This document shows positions 38,870-49,023 of a stretch of DNA of 64,000 bases, piece by piece. The DNA lies in NCBI GenBank assembly GCA_028278025.1, contig JANQFE010000024.1, positions 11,128 through 75,127 of the forward strand. Direction: 5' to 3'. Below the pieces are notes generated by a model. The model was given only the letters and a program-made list of their open reading frames with translations. It ran no database searches and had not been told where the DNA came from. Every line of letters begins with the position of its first letter. The stretch's first letter is position 1. The translations under genes were made by a program, and so were the position numbers. The stretch comes from Thermodesulfobacteriota bacterium. GTDB taxonomy: Bacteria; Desulfobacterota; WTBG01; CAIYCZ01; CAIRTM01.

Positions 38870-39298
38870 ATGGCTTATTCATTAGTAAAATTAAAAAAGC
38901 CTTTTGATTTGCTGGCAAACTGGCCGGAATATATTAAAGTAATAAGTAATCATTTTGCCCAGCCTGAGGAAGCCGAGGTTTGGTCTCCAGCTATTGATGT
39001 AAAAGAAAGGGACGGAAAATATGTACTCAGGGCTGATTTGCCGGGTGTCAGAGCAGAGGACATTCAGGTTACCTATAAAAACGGCTACCTGACCATCAAG
39101 GGCAAAAGACGCAGGGACGAACGCAATGACTCTGACTTTAATCACATCAATGAACGATATTACGGCTCCTTTGAAAGAGTGCTGCAATTCCCTGGGGGAG
39201 TTAAAGAATCAGAAATTCAAAAAAAATACCAAAACGGCATTTTGGAACTTACCATTCCAATACCGCAGGAAGATTTCAAAGGAAATAAAGCTGTCTGA
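38870..39298 (+). CDS. Hsp20/alpha-crystallin small heat-shock protein
   Basis: Alpha-crystallin domain (DVKERDGKYVLRADLPGV...GILELTIP); AAGGAGG ribosome-binding site. Confidence 0.9.
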   Translation: MAYSLVKLKKPFDLLANWPEYIKVISNHFAQPEEAEVWSPAIDVKERDGKYVLRADLPGVRAEDIQVTYKNGYLTIKGKRRRDERNDSDFNHINERYYGSFERVLQFPGGVKESEIQKKYQNGILELTIPIPQEDFKGNKAV

Positions 39299-39318
39299 CA
39301 CACAGGAGGTTTTTTATT

Positions 39319-39579
39319 ATGAGAGATATTAAATACTACCTTCCCGGAATACTGTTAATTCTGATGGCTGTTGCAATTATAGCTATGCCTGAAATACTTG
39401 TAGCCCTTGTTGCAGCAATGGTTATCCTGGCCGGCATTGTTGCGCTGCGCATAGGGCACCTAATGAAAACATCACACGTAACTGTTGAGCCTAAAAGGGA
39501 TCTGTTTTTTGATGATGAGTTTTTTAACTGGCCCTTTGCAGCACGATCGGTATACAGCCGTTGGCGCAGAAGGCTCTAA
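39319..39579 (+). CDS. Small membrane protein co-transcribed with hsp20
   Basis: AGGAGG ribosome-binding site; two TM segments; followed by a strong terminator. Confidence 0.5.
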   Translation: MRDIKYYLPGILLILMAVAIIAMPEILVALVAAMVILAGIVALRIGHLMKTSHVTVEPKRDLFFDDEFFNWPFAARSVYSRWRRRL

Positions 39580-39621
39580 AACGCAACAATCTCTTTCCGG
39601 CTTACGGGAGAGTCTGAGATA

Positions 39622-39656
39622 TAAAAAAGGAACCATTTATGTGGTTCCTTTTTTAT
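39622..39656 (+). terminator. Rho-independent terminator of the hsp20 operon
   Basis: aaggaacca-tttatg-tggttcctt followed by ttttatt. Confidence 0.7.
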
Positions 39657-39796
39657 TAATACGGTTTTTTAAAACAAGAAACCGGACGCCTTCAACCGCA
39701 TTTACGGATTATATCAGCACCTCATTTATACAATGTTGTTAACATGCAAACAGTTTACTGATTGCTTCTTTACAAAAAGGGCCCCCGCTTCTACAG

Positions 39797-40081
39797 TTAA
39801 ATACCTTTTACCAGTTCATCAAACCTCTCAACCTCTACCGCAGGGGCCGTGGTAAAGCAGATTCCGGTCAGCCTGGTCAGGGCAACCGAGGCCTGCATGG
39901 CCTGTTCCAGGTCAGGCATATCCAGGATAAGAATCACGTCATGCACCCCCAGCATCGCATACATTGCCTTGAGCTCACCCCGGAGCTCTCTCACCAGACT
40001 GGCAACTGCTTCTGTACGCTCGGCACTGACTGCATTCAGTGATGCAACGGAATATTTGCCAAACATAAAAAAAGTAGCCAT
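39797..40081 (-). CDS. GYD-domain protein
   Basis: MATFFMFGKYS...DVILILDMPD...FTTAPAVEVERFDE matches the GYD family pattern; GAGGTG ribosome-binding site 7 nt upstream. Confidence 0.55.
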   Translation of the reverse strand: MATFFMFGKYSVASLNAVSAERTEAVASLVRELRGELKAMYAMLGVHDVILILDMPDLEQAMQASVALTRLTGICFTTAPAVEVERFDELVKGI

Positions 40082-40131
40082 AATAATCACCTCTGTGTTT
40101 TGTAAATTGTTATTAGCAATGAGAGTCATTA

Positions 40132-40222
40132 GACCGGATTAACATGATAAACAGGATATTGTTTTCAATAGGGCAACGGCCATATTGAAAAATCATGTCA
40201 ATCCGGTATGTCCTGTCAAAAA
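40132..40222. repeat. Palindromic MITE/REP-like element, full copy (family A, subtype 1)
   Basis: Near-identical to 20269..20360. Confidence 0.7.
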
Positions 40223-40252
40223 AATAAACATCTGTTTTCCGTTTCACGTGAC

Positions 40253-42553
40253 TCAACCAAACAGCTTGCGAAAAAGACCGGTTGCCGGACCGGGCCAGCG
40301 CCGTACCACCATAACCGGACCGGGGCAGGAGCGGGCAACTCTTTCAGGGATATCACCTGCCACCATCTTTACAAACGGCCGGCCGGCTGCCGCACCCACA
40401 ACTACCAGCTCAAACTCCTGCGAGGCTTTTGCAATGCCTGCGGCAATTGATCCTGATTTGACTATATAACGGCCGATCTTTACCTGTGGATCAAGCGTTT
40501 TCAATGACTTACTGATCCTTTCCAAGGCAGCCTCCTGTCCGGCCCGGTCTGCCTTTTCAGGCACGACCACGCATGCATCAACGCTGGCACCGTAGTGCCC
40601 GGCAATATCGCGGGCAAAGGCAGCTCCCAGAGTGGCATGCGGGCCGCCCGAGGTTGCCAGCAGAATACGGCTGATGGTATCTGCTGAGTCTGCCTTGATA
40701 ACGGCAACATCGCAGGGACAGTGCCGCAGCATATAGTCGGTAATCTCCCCAAAAATATGATGGTGCTGCTGAGGAAAACCCTTCCAGCCCATTACGAGCA
40801 GGTTACAGTGGTGATCTTGAACCGAATCAAGCATGGCATGACTGAGTGAGTGTGCCACCCTCAAATCGCCCCGCAGGTCCGCTCCAAGCTCCAGGGCGCA
40901 GGCCTGGGCCTCCCTGATCAGGGGACGGCGTTGATCAACCAAAACAACCCCCTCGTGTATAGGAAGCTGTTCAGGCACCACGGCCACTGTGAGGGCCACA
41001 ATCTCACCGTTGCGGGGAATGCTGAGGGCCGCTGCAATACTGATCAGGTAGCGTACCGTAGCCGGGTTGTGCAAGGGCACAAGTACACGGAAGCGCTCCC
41101 GCTGCTCCGGTGGTGTGGTTTTTTCCAGCCGCAGCACCAGCGGCCTACGGGCCTTAATCTTATGCTGAAACAGCGCAATATACAAAAAGAGCCCCACAGC
41201 AGTCCAGCCCCCCACTATAGTCCAGGGAATCCTGTCAAAGCGATACTGAAAGACAGCCAGCAGCAGATTAATAACGAAGCCCAGCAGGGGTAAAACCGGA
41301 TACAGGGGCATTGTGTAACGGCGTTTCAGAGCAGGTTGTTTACGGCGCAGCGCCACTACAGCCAAGTTGACCATCGCAAAAACCAGCAGAAACATGACGC
41401 TGGCTGCTGAGCCCAACAGGCTGATCGGCAAGCAAACCGCTACAATAAGAAACAGTACCCCAGTTATCAGGATGGCAATATGCGGGGTGCGCAGGCGTGC
41501 ATGGATTGCTGCAAGCCTGGGCGGCAGCCATTCGTTGCGAGCCATGGAAAACGCCACCCGGGAGGATGCCATGATCGTGGCATTAAGCGCACTCATGGTG
41601 GAGAGCAGACCGCCCATCACGATCAAAAACGCACCGGCCGCAGGCATCATCTTGGCTGCCACCCTGATTATGCCGGTTTCCTGATATTTGCCTAAAAACT
41701 CCCAGGAAGGCATGTCTCCGGGGTGAACCGCGCCGAGGGAGACAAAAATAACGCACAGGTATATCAGCACAGTTACGCCCACCGACACAAAAATAGCTCG
41801 GGGAATATTTTTTTCAGGCTCTTTTATCTCCTCGGCCACCGTGGCAATCAGATCATAGCCTTCAAAGGCAATAAAGGTAAGGCCCATGGCAATAAAAACG
41901 CTGCCGATTCCCTGCGGAAAAAACGGTTTAAACTCGGCTTTGGCTGCCGGCACATCACCGATAATTGCCTCAATACCAAAGATAATAAACACGACCAGTA
42001 CGGCAACCTTGGCGACCACAATCACATTTTCGGTCTTACCCGTAATCATGGCGCCCCGCACATTCAGGGACACAAAGGTAACGCCTCCCAGGATAATCAT
42101 TGCCACCACCGCAGCCTGCTCCCCGGCAAGGCCGACCAGCAGGCCGTGGGTACCGGGAAGGTAACAGCCCAAAAACTCCATCAGGTAGGCCCCGAATCCG
42201 GCTGCATACAAGGCGCAGGCCACCGTGTAGGCAAACCAGAGCCACCATCCGGCCACAAATGCAAAAACATCGGGGAATGCATATTTAACATAGGAATACC
42301 CCCCGCCGGACTCGGGAATTGAAGAGGCCAGCTCGGCATAGGCAAACGCCGTGATCAGGGTTATCAGTCCGTTCAGGGCGAACGCCAGCAGGGAAGCCGG
42401 TCCTGATACTCCGGCCGCAATACCCGTGAGCACAAAAATGCCGGCACCGATCATGGCGCCTATGCCGATCATCGTGGCGTCAAAAAAACCCAGGCTGCGG
42501 TCAAAGGTAACCTGCAGTTCTTTTCTGTCAGCCTTGTTGTTTTTTAGAGTCAT
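40253..42553 (-). CDS. APC-family amino-acid permease fused to C-terminal tandem universal stress protein (UspA) domains
   Basis: 12-TM APC core (GIGAMIGAGIFVLTG...); ~300-aa C-terminus with two Usp-like alpha/beta domains (VLVPLHNP..., ILLATSGGPHA...VVVGAAAG). Confidence 0.85.
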   Translation of the reverse strand: MTLKNNKADRKELQVTFDRSLGFFDATMIGIGAMIGAGIFVLTGIAAGVSGPASLLAFALNGLITLITAFAYAELASSIPESGGGYSYVKYAFPDVFAFVAGWWLWFAYTVACALYAAGFGAYLMEFLGCYLPGTHGLLVGLAGEQAAVVAMIILGGVTFVSLNVRGAMITGKTENVIVVAKVAVLVVFIIFGIEAIIGDVPAAKAEFKPFFPQGIGSVFIAMGLTFIAFEGYDLIATVAEEIKEPEKNIPRAIFVSVGVTVLIYLCVIFVSLGAVHPGDMPSWEFLGKYQETGIIRVAAKMMPAAGAFLIVMGGLLSTMSALNATIMASSRVAFSMARNEWLPPRLAAIHARLRTPHIAILITGVLFLIVAVCLPISLLGSAASVMFLLVFAMVNLAVVALRRKQPALKRRYTMPLYPVLPLLGFVINLLLAVFQYRFDRIPWTIVGGWTAVGLFLYIALFQHKIKARRPLVLRLEKTTPPEQRERFRVLVPLHNPATVRYLISIAAALSIPRNGEIVALTVAVVPEQLPIHEGVVLVDQRRPLIREAQACALELGADLRGDLRVAHSLSHAMLDSVQDHHCNLLVMGWKGFPQQHHHIFGEITDYMLRHCPCDVAVIKADSADTISRILLATSGGPHATLGAAFARDIAGHYGASVDACVVVPEKADRAGQEAALERISKSLKTLDPQVKIGRYIVKSGSIAAGIAKASQEFELVVVGAAAGRPFVKMVAGDIPERVARSCPGPVMVVRRWPGPATGLFRKLFG

Positions 42554-43323
42554 ATAGTAAATGTAGGGCTGGTCTCAGTACTGTGGGATCCCTTCCCAGC
42601 TACCCCGCTGACGCCATACCATGTTTCACCATGATGTATAGCGTCACACGTTACTGTGTCAGTTCATCGGTAAGGGTCTTTGGTTTTGAGCAGCAAGGGG
42701 TGTATCCCGGGTGCCGTCACTCTCCCGGTCCCACAACACAAACAGGGTCCTGATGAGGAAGGTGTCCAGTTTACACAGCCTGTTGTTGTATTACCGGCAG
42801 GAACCGTCACCTGTTTGGTACCTACAGAGACATTCCAATACCCAGTTCGGCGGCACCGAAGTTAAGCGACACTGTTTGGGAACTGCCGGTAGAATTCTGC
42901 GTTTCATAGCCCAGCTGTGTGCTTTGACCGGAGACCGCGGGTTCCGGATCAACTGAGATATCCTCATCAATGTATTCTGATATAACATATCCCTGTGCCG
43001 GACCGGCTGCCGTCAACAAAAAAAAGAGCGGCAGCCATTGTTACATGAAAAAGTGCTCTGCTTGTTTCCAGGGGCATCCCCTCCCCCTGTGTTCTTTATT
43101 TATAAGTGGTAATGTATACATTATGAAAACATTTTGTGCCTGAAAAGCGCTTTTTATACTAAAAAACAGCTTCCCCCTGATGCATTGTTTGGGCTGCTTC
43201 TCAATGCCGGCTAATAGTAGCAAAAAGGAATTTGGTTTGGCAAGAAAAAGAAATCAGAGGCAGATTATAGAAAAAAAGCCTTGCCTGAAAGCGAGGCTTT
43301 GAAAAAATCTCTGGAAAAGGATG

Positions 43324-43400
43324 TATTTTTTTTCGTTAAACTTAATTTGCTTTGCCTTTACTCATACCTTCCTTACTCCCTGGGTTGTATTAATAATACT
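43324..43400 (-). pseudogene. Duplicated 5' fragment of a csp gene (leader plus first ~6 codons, frameshifted)
   Basis: ~75 bp is ~90% identical to the 5' UTR and start of csp at 46775 (tttttttcgttaaac...tttgcctttactcata.cttc.ttactcc.t.ggttgt.ttaataatact); the coding remnant reads MSKGKAN*. Confidence 0.5.
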
Positions 43401-43431
43401 TTTATATCTCTGTGCCGAATCAAATCCGGTG

Positions 43432-43701
43432 CTACCGTCTTTTGTGCTTACTGTTCTGCGACCTGGCTTCGGCTACGATAAGCTTATTACCATCAAGTTC
43501 CACCCCTTTGCAAATTTTAACAACCTCCCGGGCCTCTTCGGCAGTGGCCATCTCAACAAAAGCAAAACCCTTCGAGCGGCCGGTCTCCTTGTCCCTGATA
43601 ATCTTTGCCGATATACAGTTCCCCAGATCACCAAAATTATCCAGGAGGTCCTCCTCAGTGGTTTCTTCGGTCAGATTGCCCACATATAGTCTATTAGTCA
43701 T
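43432..43701 (-). CDS. RRM-type RNA-binding protein
   Basis: RNP2 LYVGNL, RNP1 KGFAFVEM. Confidence 0.85.
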   Translation of the reverse strand: MTNRLYVGNLTEETTEEDLLDNFGDLGNCISAKIIRDKETGRSKGFAFVEMATAEEAREVVKICKGVELDGNKLIVAEARSQNSKHKRR

Positions 43702-43763
43702 ATCCCTTCCCCCATACTGTAAAAATTACCGGTTTGCATGGCGCATAGACCGGCGTATACTAT

Positions 43764-45716
43764 TCACACCAGGCTTGCTGCCAGCCCCTCAACATTTATG
43801 AACACCTCAAAATGACTCCGTGCATAGGCAATCACATCTGCCATATCTGTGCGCAGGGACTCAATACTGATGAAGGTAATTCGTTTTTGATATCCTCGCA
43901 ACTGCTTCAAAAACACAAGCAGCGCTGTGCGCTCCGTGGTGGTTACCCCGCTGAAATTAAGCGCCAGATTGCCCTTCTGCTCTTTTAAATACGTTTCGAT
44001 TCTGTTTTTCAGCTTCATGGCCGTCACCCTGTTAAAAACACCTTTCAGATCAACAATAAGGGGATGATGGGCCTTGTGCTGAGGTCTGTGCCGAATGCTC
44101 AAGATACCATTACCGCTAAGTTCTGCCGGAGCCAGCCGTGTGGCGGCCATGCGGTATTCAGTACGCTGGAGCCGTGCCTGGGGATAGGAACCATGGGCAA
44201 GCTTTACTTTTTCTGCAAACGCAAACAGTGGGACAAGTGTTGATAAAAACTTGTTTTTTACTCCGCCGGAACCTATTTCCTTCAAGATGGCCCGCTGAAC
44301 CTGTCTGATCTGCTGGGCAACCTCGTGCGTAGGGGCATAGCGCACTGCTGTGGGAAACAGGGGCAGAGCTTCAAGGCAGCCTGTGCGGTACTGATCAGCC
44401 CGCATCTGCAGCAGGGGGTCAGAAGAATCTCTGAACTTCAGGTATCCATTCAACTGGGTTGCCACATATCGTATTACCGAAGGCCCCAGCCGACGATATT
44501 CAGCCTCATAAACATCCAGAATCAGCTGCTCCATTTCCTGCTTGCTGATATGGGGATGGTCAAACACCAGATGAAAGCCGTCCCAATGCTTGTAGGGAAC
44601 ATCAGGCAGCAGCCTGCCTTCCCGCTTGAGCCGCTCAAACAGAGGTGTGCTGCAGGCTGCGCTCAGGATAAGAAACTGGCTCAGGCTCGGTCTGAGGGAT
44701 ATGAGATATTCAAAATCTTCCCACACTGATTCAACCGTATGGAAGTCATGCCCTATGATAAGTGAAGCCAGGGTATTGATACCGTGGGCCTGGAGCCGGT
44801 CAAAAATCTTTTTCAGATCGCGGCCCTGCAATTTGGCATAGGTTGCCCGGCTTGATTCCACTCCGATCCAGAGCGACTCAACACCCATGCTGACCAGATC
44901 CTCGGGGTCCCATTGCTCTACGGAGCATGCGCTGGCAAAACAGGAAATTTTTATCGGCTCCTGTCTATCCTCCCGCACACACGCCAAAAACTCACGGGCG
45001 CGCTTTTTCTGCATCAGAAAATCTTCTTCAATGATGCCGATGGGTAGATTTGGATTGTCCAGGGTCCTGTGGACCCTTCTGATTTCACGGTGCAAATCCC
45101 GGCCGGTTTCTAAAAGAGGAATATGGCGCTGCTTATGGAAGTGCGATGTTGCACAGAATTCACAGCCGTGGGGACAGCCGAGCCCTCCCAGCACAACGGC
45201 TCCCTTCATAATCGGGATGCCGGCAATTTTACCTCTGGTGGGATAGACAACATGCTGTGCGGGTTTATCAATGTGGTCCTCTCCCAAAAGCCGCCGCATA
45301 AAGCCGACTCCCTCTTCCCGGCAGATATAATCACCATACTGGTCGCATTCCGGCAGCATGGTTCCGTATCCGCCCAGAATTATACGAGCCTCCGGGGCCA
45401 CCCTGCGTACCATGCGACACATTTTTTTCATCTTGGCAAACGTCGCAATCACGAAGCTGATCCCGACATAATCATAGCCTTTGGCAAGCTCACGTTTAAA
45501 CTGTTGCATGGTGGGGTACTGCAGCACTGTTGTCGGAGTAGCTATATTATTGGCGATATATTCCAGGCCGTAGGAGATATAGGACACCCGGGGGCTGAAA
45601 ATTCCCTGGGCCCGTGTTACCTGGGCATGGAACAGTTCAGGCATGACATGCTCGGTGCAATCATCAGTATTAGCCCCGAATGGTCCGCATACTGTCGTCA
45701 GAAGTATTTTTTTCAT
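43764..45716 (-). CDS. B12-binding radical SAM protein with a C-terminal STAS (anti-sigma-antagonist-like) domain
   Basis: N-terminal cobalamin-binding Rossmann domain, CPHGCEFC radical SAM motif; last ~110 aa (LIVDLKGVF...LALNFSGVTTTERTALLVFLKQL...FEVFINVEGL) matches the SpoIIAA/STAS pattern. Confidence 0.75.
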   Translation of the reverse strand: MKKILLTTVCGPFGANTDDCTEHVMPELFHAQVTRAQGIFSPRVSYISYGLEYIANNIATPTTVLQYPTMQQFKRELAKGYDYVGISFVIATFAKMKKMCRMVRRVAPEARIILGGYGTMLPECDQYGDYICREEGVGFMRRLLGEDHIDKPAQHVVYPTRGKIAGIPIMKGAVVLGGLGCPHGCEFCATSHFHKQRHIPLLETGRDLHREIRRVHRTLDNPNLPIGIIEEDFLMQKKRAREFLACVREDRQEPIKISCFASACSVEQWDPEDLVSMGVESLWIGVESSRATYAKLQGRDLKKIFDRLQAHGINTLASLIIGHDFHTVESVWEDFEYLISLRPSLSQFLILSAACSTPLFERLKREGRLLPDVPYKHWDGFHLVFDHPHISKQEMEQLILDVYEAEYRRLGPSVIRYVATQLNGYLKFRDSSDPLLQMRADQYRTGCLEALPLFPTAVRYAPTHEVAQQIRQVQRAILKEIGSGGVKNKFLSTLVPLFAFAEKVKLAHGSYPQARLQRTEYRMAATRLAPAELSGNGILSIRHRPQHKAHHPLIVDLKGVFNRVTAMKLKNRIETYLKEQKGNLALNFSGVTTTERTALLVFLKQLRGYQKRITFISIESLRTDMADVIAYARSHFEVFINVEGLAASLV

Positions 45717-46053
45717 TATGCTTTTCCTTGTGCGCGAGAATCTGGAGCACAGGCATGCAGAACTGCAACAGGGACTGTTCAGCCCGGGGGGCTGTATCCG
45801 CGCGTCGGGGGCAGATCACCCCGGCCGCTGCGGCAATCACAGCTGCCCTGCTAGGCCTGTCTGTTAAGCGTGATGCGTATAGCACTTTTGGGGAAGGGTA
45901 AAAAGAGACCAGAAAAAAAGGGCGCTCAGAACCATTGGGCCAGGGATGTTTGTCATTCTCCTGCTCCGTTAGCCTGTAGAAAAAACAAAAAAGACAAAGA
46001 AGCCATTCCCTGAAAACAAAGTGTATACCAATAATGTTTGTAGCCGGCCCGGC

Positions 46054-46359
46054 TTAATACCGGCCGCGTCCTCTGGGGCCCCCACCCGATCTGCGGGAAG
46101 AGTCCCGGTCCCGTCTGGGTCTGGCTTCATTTACGGTGAGCTTTCGGCTGCCCAGCTCAGTACCATTTAATTTTTTGATAGCTTCCTGGGCATCCTCCTC
46201 ACGGGCCATTTCCACAAAGCCGAAACCTTTCGACTGTCCTGAGAATTTATCCGTGATAATGTTTACCGAGATACACTCTCCAATTTCTTCAAAGCTTTTC
46301 TTTAATGTCTCTTCGGTTACCTCATAGGACAGGTTCCCGACATACAGATTTTTGGCCAT
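46054..46359 (-). CDS. RRM-type RNA-binding protein with an RG-rich tail
   Basis: LYVGNLS / KGFGFVEM; C-terminal RRDRDSSRRSGGGPRGRGRY. Confidence 0.85.
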   Translation of the reverse strand: MAKNLYVGNLSYEVTEETLKKSFEEIGECISVNIITDKFSGQSKGFGFVEMAREEDAQEAIKKLNGTELGSRKLTVNEARPRRDRDSSRRSGGGPRGRGRY

Positions 46360-46574
46360 TGATGCTCCTTTATGCGTGTGTTGTTATCCTGTTGCTCCCG
46401 TACAAGGGAGCCGGCAGATTACCGATCGGATTGTCGCTCATTACCGCACCGATTAAGACAATCTCCTCGTCATCACCCCAATGCATACCGCCGTTTGAAA
46501 GCCCCGGTCGGTTGTGCCTTGTTAGGCTGCATGATTTTTTGCAGCATTTGCGGTTTGTTACTGCAATGTGTTGT

Positions 46575-46775
46575 TTATAAGGCCCTGACTTTTAATGCCT
46601 GCAGACCCTTGTTACCCTCGGTAACTTCAAAGGTTACCTCATCACCGTCTGACAGGCTTTTGAATCCCTGTCCTTCTATAGCGCTGTAGTGTACAAACAC
46701 ATCGCCATGCTCTTCAGATTCAATAAAGCCAAATCCTTTTTTTTCGTTAAACCATTTTACTTTGCCTTTACTCAT
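46575..46775 (-). CDS. Cold-shock protein, CspA family
   Basis: [16 protein letters not shown]...VFVHYSAI. Confidence 0.9.
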   Translation of the reverse strand: MSKGKVKWFNEKKGFGFIESEEHGDVFVHYSAIEGQGFKSLSDGDEVTFEVTEGNKGLQALKVRAL

Positions 46776-47340
46776 AACTTCTTACTCCTTAGGTTGTGTT
46801 AATAATACTGTAACATTCATACTGTTTTCCTTATTATATAAAAATGTTTGGTAAGTGCCGCCTGATCGTATAGTATTTCTTCCAAAAAAAAAACCCGCGG
46901 GATTATCAAAATCCCGTGGGCTCTAATATATTAAAACTTCCTGGATTTTAGACTAATACGGCACGATGCTTCTTTTTACTTAAGATAACATATACCTAAA
47001 AAAAAGACGTGTGTCAATGCATAATTTCCCCTGCCGAAGAAAAAGTCTTACTGTTTGTGAAAAACACTCCTGCAAAACAAAGCCGCCCTGCTAACCACTG
47101 GAAACCACTTTGTTGTTTGGTGATTCGTAATTAGAGAATCGTTAATAGATCGCTTTTCTTGGGGAGCATTCTGACTTTGTCAGAATTCGAGGAGCGCTGC
47201 GCTTCAGGTATGAGGGTTGTATCCTCAAGGCCAGAGGCCGATCTTTAAATCCCGCTTCAGCAGTATGATCCTCAAACTCAACCAGCAATCCCGCCTGTGG
47301 CGGGACCTATGCTCCGCTCCGGCCAGCAACAAATAAAACC

Positions 47341-47394
47341 AGTTCCGCTTCACACTTTACGCTTCTGGTTTGACGTTATTAATCCAGTATCCAG
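47341..47394. repeat. ~54-bp direct repeat copy 1 (family C)
   Basis: gttccgcttcacactttacgcttctggtttgacgttattaatccagtatccag is ~95% identical to 49657..49711. Confidence 0.65.
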
Positions 47395-47426
47395 TTTTCT
47401 CAATACTCGTTACTCGGTACTATTTT

Positions 47427-48755
47427 TTATTCCACCCCCCACACATGTACCACGGCTGCGTTTTCGTTGGTATGACCTCCAAAGCCCTTCTCTATCATAA
47501 AAACCCGCTGGCCTGCACTGTCTACGGCTATGCCGCCCACTTCCCCGCAGGTATGCCCGGCAGCATCGCCCAGGTGGAATTCCGCGGGTCTCCAGATTTC
47601 ATACGGCACAACACCCCAGGCATCACGGCTGCCCAGGGCAACCTCGCCCAGCTCATCTACATCATAGAAGATCACCTGGCGCTCGAAAGGATCACAGTGA
47701 TACCCCTGACTATCCTGACAGGCATCAGAACTCGAGGGAGCACCATAGCTGTTATCACCCAGTCCCTTAATACCCAGAAGCACTATAGACCTTTTGTCGC
47801 CGCTTTCTATAAAAGCGCCGCCTTCCCATTTATCGCACATGGTAAAATCAGGAAAGTCACACTGGGAGGGGTCTCCCACGTTGGGCCCGGCGCACTCCGG
47901 GTAGTATATGTTGTACCACAGCATCGGAACTGCATCCAAATCACCACTGGGCTCCTCGCTGTCCCAGGGACGAAAAGCAAACAGCGTGGGCCCCTGCGAG
48001 CCGTTAAATGCCCCGCGGGTTTTGCCCGTGACAAGTGTTCGGCCCCCGAGATACATATTAGCATAGGATTGGGGTACGCTGAAAAGGTAGTCTCCGCATT
48101 TGTTGCCGTGATAGGGCAACTCTTCAGGCCCCACATGATAGAGTCCGCGCGCATGTGATCCATCCATGTCGGAAATCCAGACAGTCCTGTGGCTGTCATC
48201 AACCACACCATACCAGTAATCCAGCGTTCCATAGAGTTTATCGCTTGTCTGGGAGCCCTGCCGCGGCACAACAGCTATACCGCTTACAACGGCAAACTCC
48301 GCATCAAAGTTTTCATTCTGCCTGCTGTACTGCTCCACCAGGCCCCCGTCAAAATTGGTCATTGCGGTAAGCACGGCAGCTTCAGGCAGATCCTGCCAGT
48401 TGGACGCGGTTGATGGTTGCGGAATTGAGAGTTCGGCAAACTCCGGTTCGTTCAGATCAAATCCGGTCACCAGCAGGGAACCAGAGCCCCCGTTGCCGGT
48501 TTCGTAGTAGGCCATACCTCGGGATCCCCAGTTGCACTCCTCCGGCAGACGAAAAGCTCCCTGATAGGTAAAATCTGTTGACTGGAGCCGCTCTGAAGGA
48601 GTTACCGTAACAGTTGTGGTGGTTGTTGTTGACAGGTCGCTGGTAGTGGTTGTCGTGGTTTCATTATCGGGACCGCCGCCCCAATCACAACCGGGGGAAA
48701 AAACAAACATACATACTGCGGGAATAATTGCAATAATTGTGGCCTTTGTTTTCAT
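47427..48755 (-). CDS. Secreted lipoprotein with a poly-Thr linker, function unknown
   Basis: Signal peptide plus lipobox (FSPGC), TTTTTTSDLSTTTTTT linker; GGAGG ribosome-binding site. Confidence 0.6.
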   Translation of the reverse strand: MKTKATIIAIIPAVCMFVFSPGCDWGGGPDNETTTTTTSDLSTTTTTTVTVTPSERLQSTDFTYQGAFRLPEECNWGSRGMAYYETGNGGSGSLLVTGFDLNEPEFAELSIPQPSTASNWQDLPEAAVLTAMTNFDGGLVEQYSRQNENFDAEFAVVSGIAVVPRQGSQTSDKLYGTLDYWYGVVDDSHRTVWISDMDGSHARGLYHVGPEELPYHGNKCGDYLFSVPQSYANMYLGGRTLVTGKTRGAFNGSQGPTLFAFRPWDSEEPSGDLDAVPMLWYNIYYPECAGPNVGDPSQCDFPDFTMCDKWEGGAFIESGDKRSIVLLGIKGLGDNSYGAPSSSDACQDSQGYHCDPFERQVIFYDVDELGEVALGSRDAWGVVPYEIWRPAEFHLGDAAGHTCGEVGGIAVDSAGQRVFMIEKGFGGHTNENAAVVHVWGVE

Positions 48756-49023
48756 AATATACCTCCTCTGGTATGTCTGTTTTTCGTATTAATTGACATA
48801 AAAGGGAACGGAAGCTGACAACGCCTGTAATTGTCTCTACAGATATCCCTTGTACAAGCATTGTAATAATTTTTACCATCTTCTTTCAAGCTTTTTGTAT
48901 ATCGCAAAAAGCCTGTGCTGTCCCTGTTTGTTACGACCGGCAATAATGTAATTTTATGTTTATAATATATACTGTCTATGATACATACATAAAAATCAGA
49001 ACACCCTATCATGAGGTAAAAAA

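Noticed and set aside
41723-42322. 199-aa His/Gly/Asn-rich plus-strand ORF
   Set aside because: Antisense to the APC permease gene. The composition is typical of a shadow frame in a hydrophobic-protein gene.
42822-43019. 65-aa minus-strand ORF in the 42.5-43.4 kb gap
   Set aside because: Starts at TTG, no RBS, low-complexity translation. Not called.
45123-45854. 243-aa plus-strand ORF
   Set aside because: Antisense to the B12-binding radical SAM gene.
47370-48271. Plus-strand 262-aa ORF and minus-strand 154-aa ORF
   Set aside because: Both overlap the lipoprotein gene (47427..48755), which has signal peptide, lipobox and RBS. Alternative frames only.
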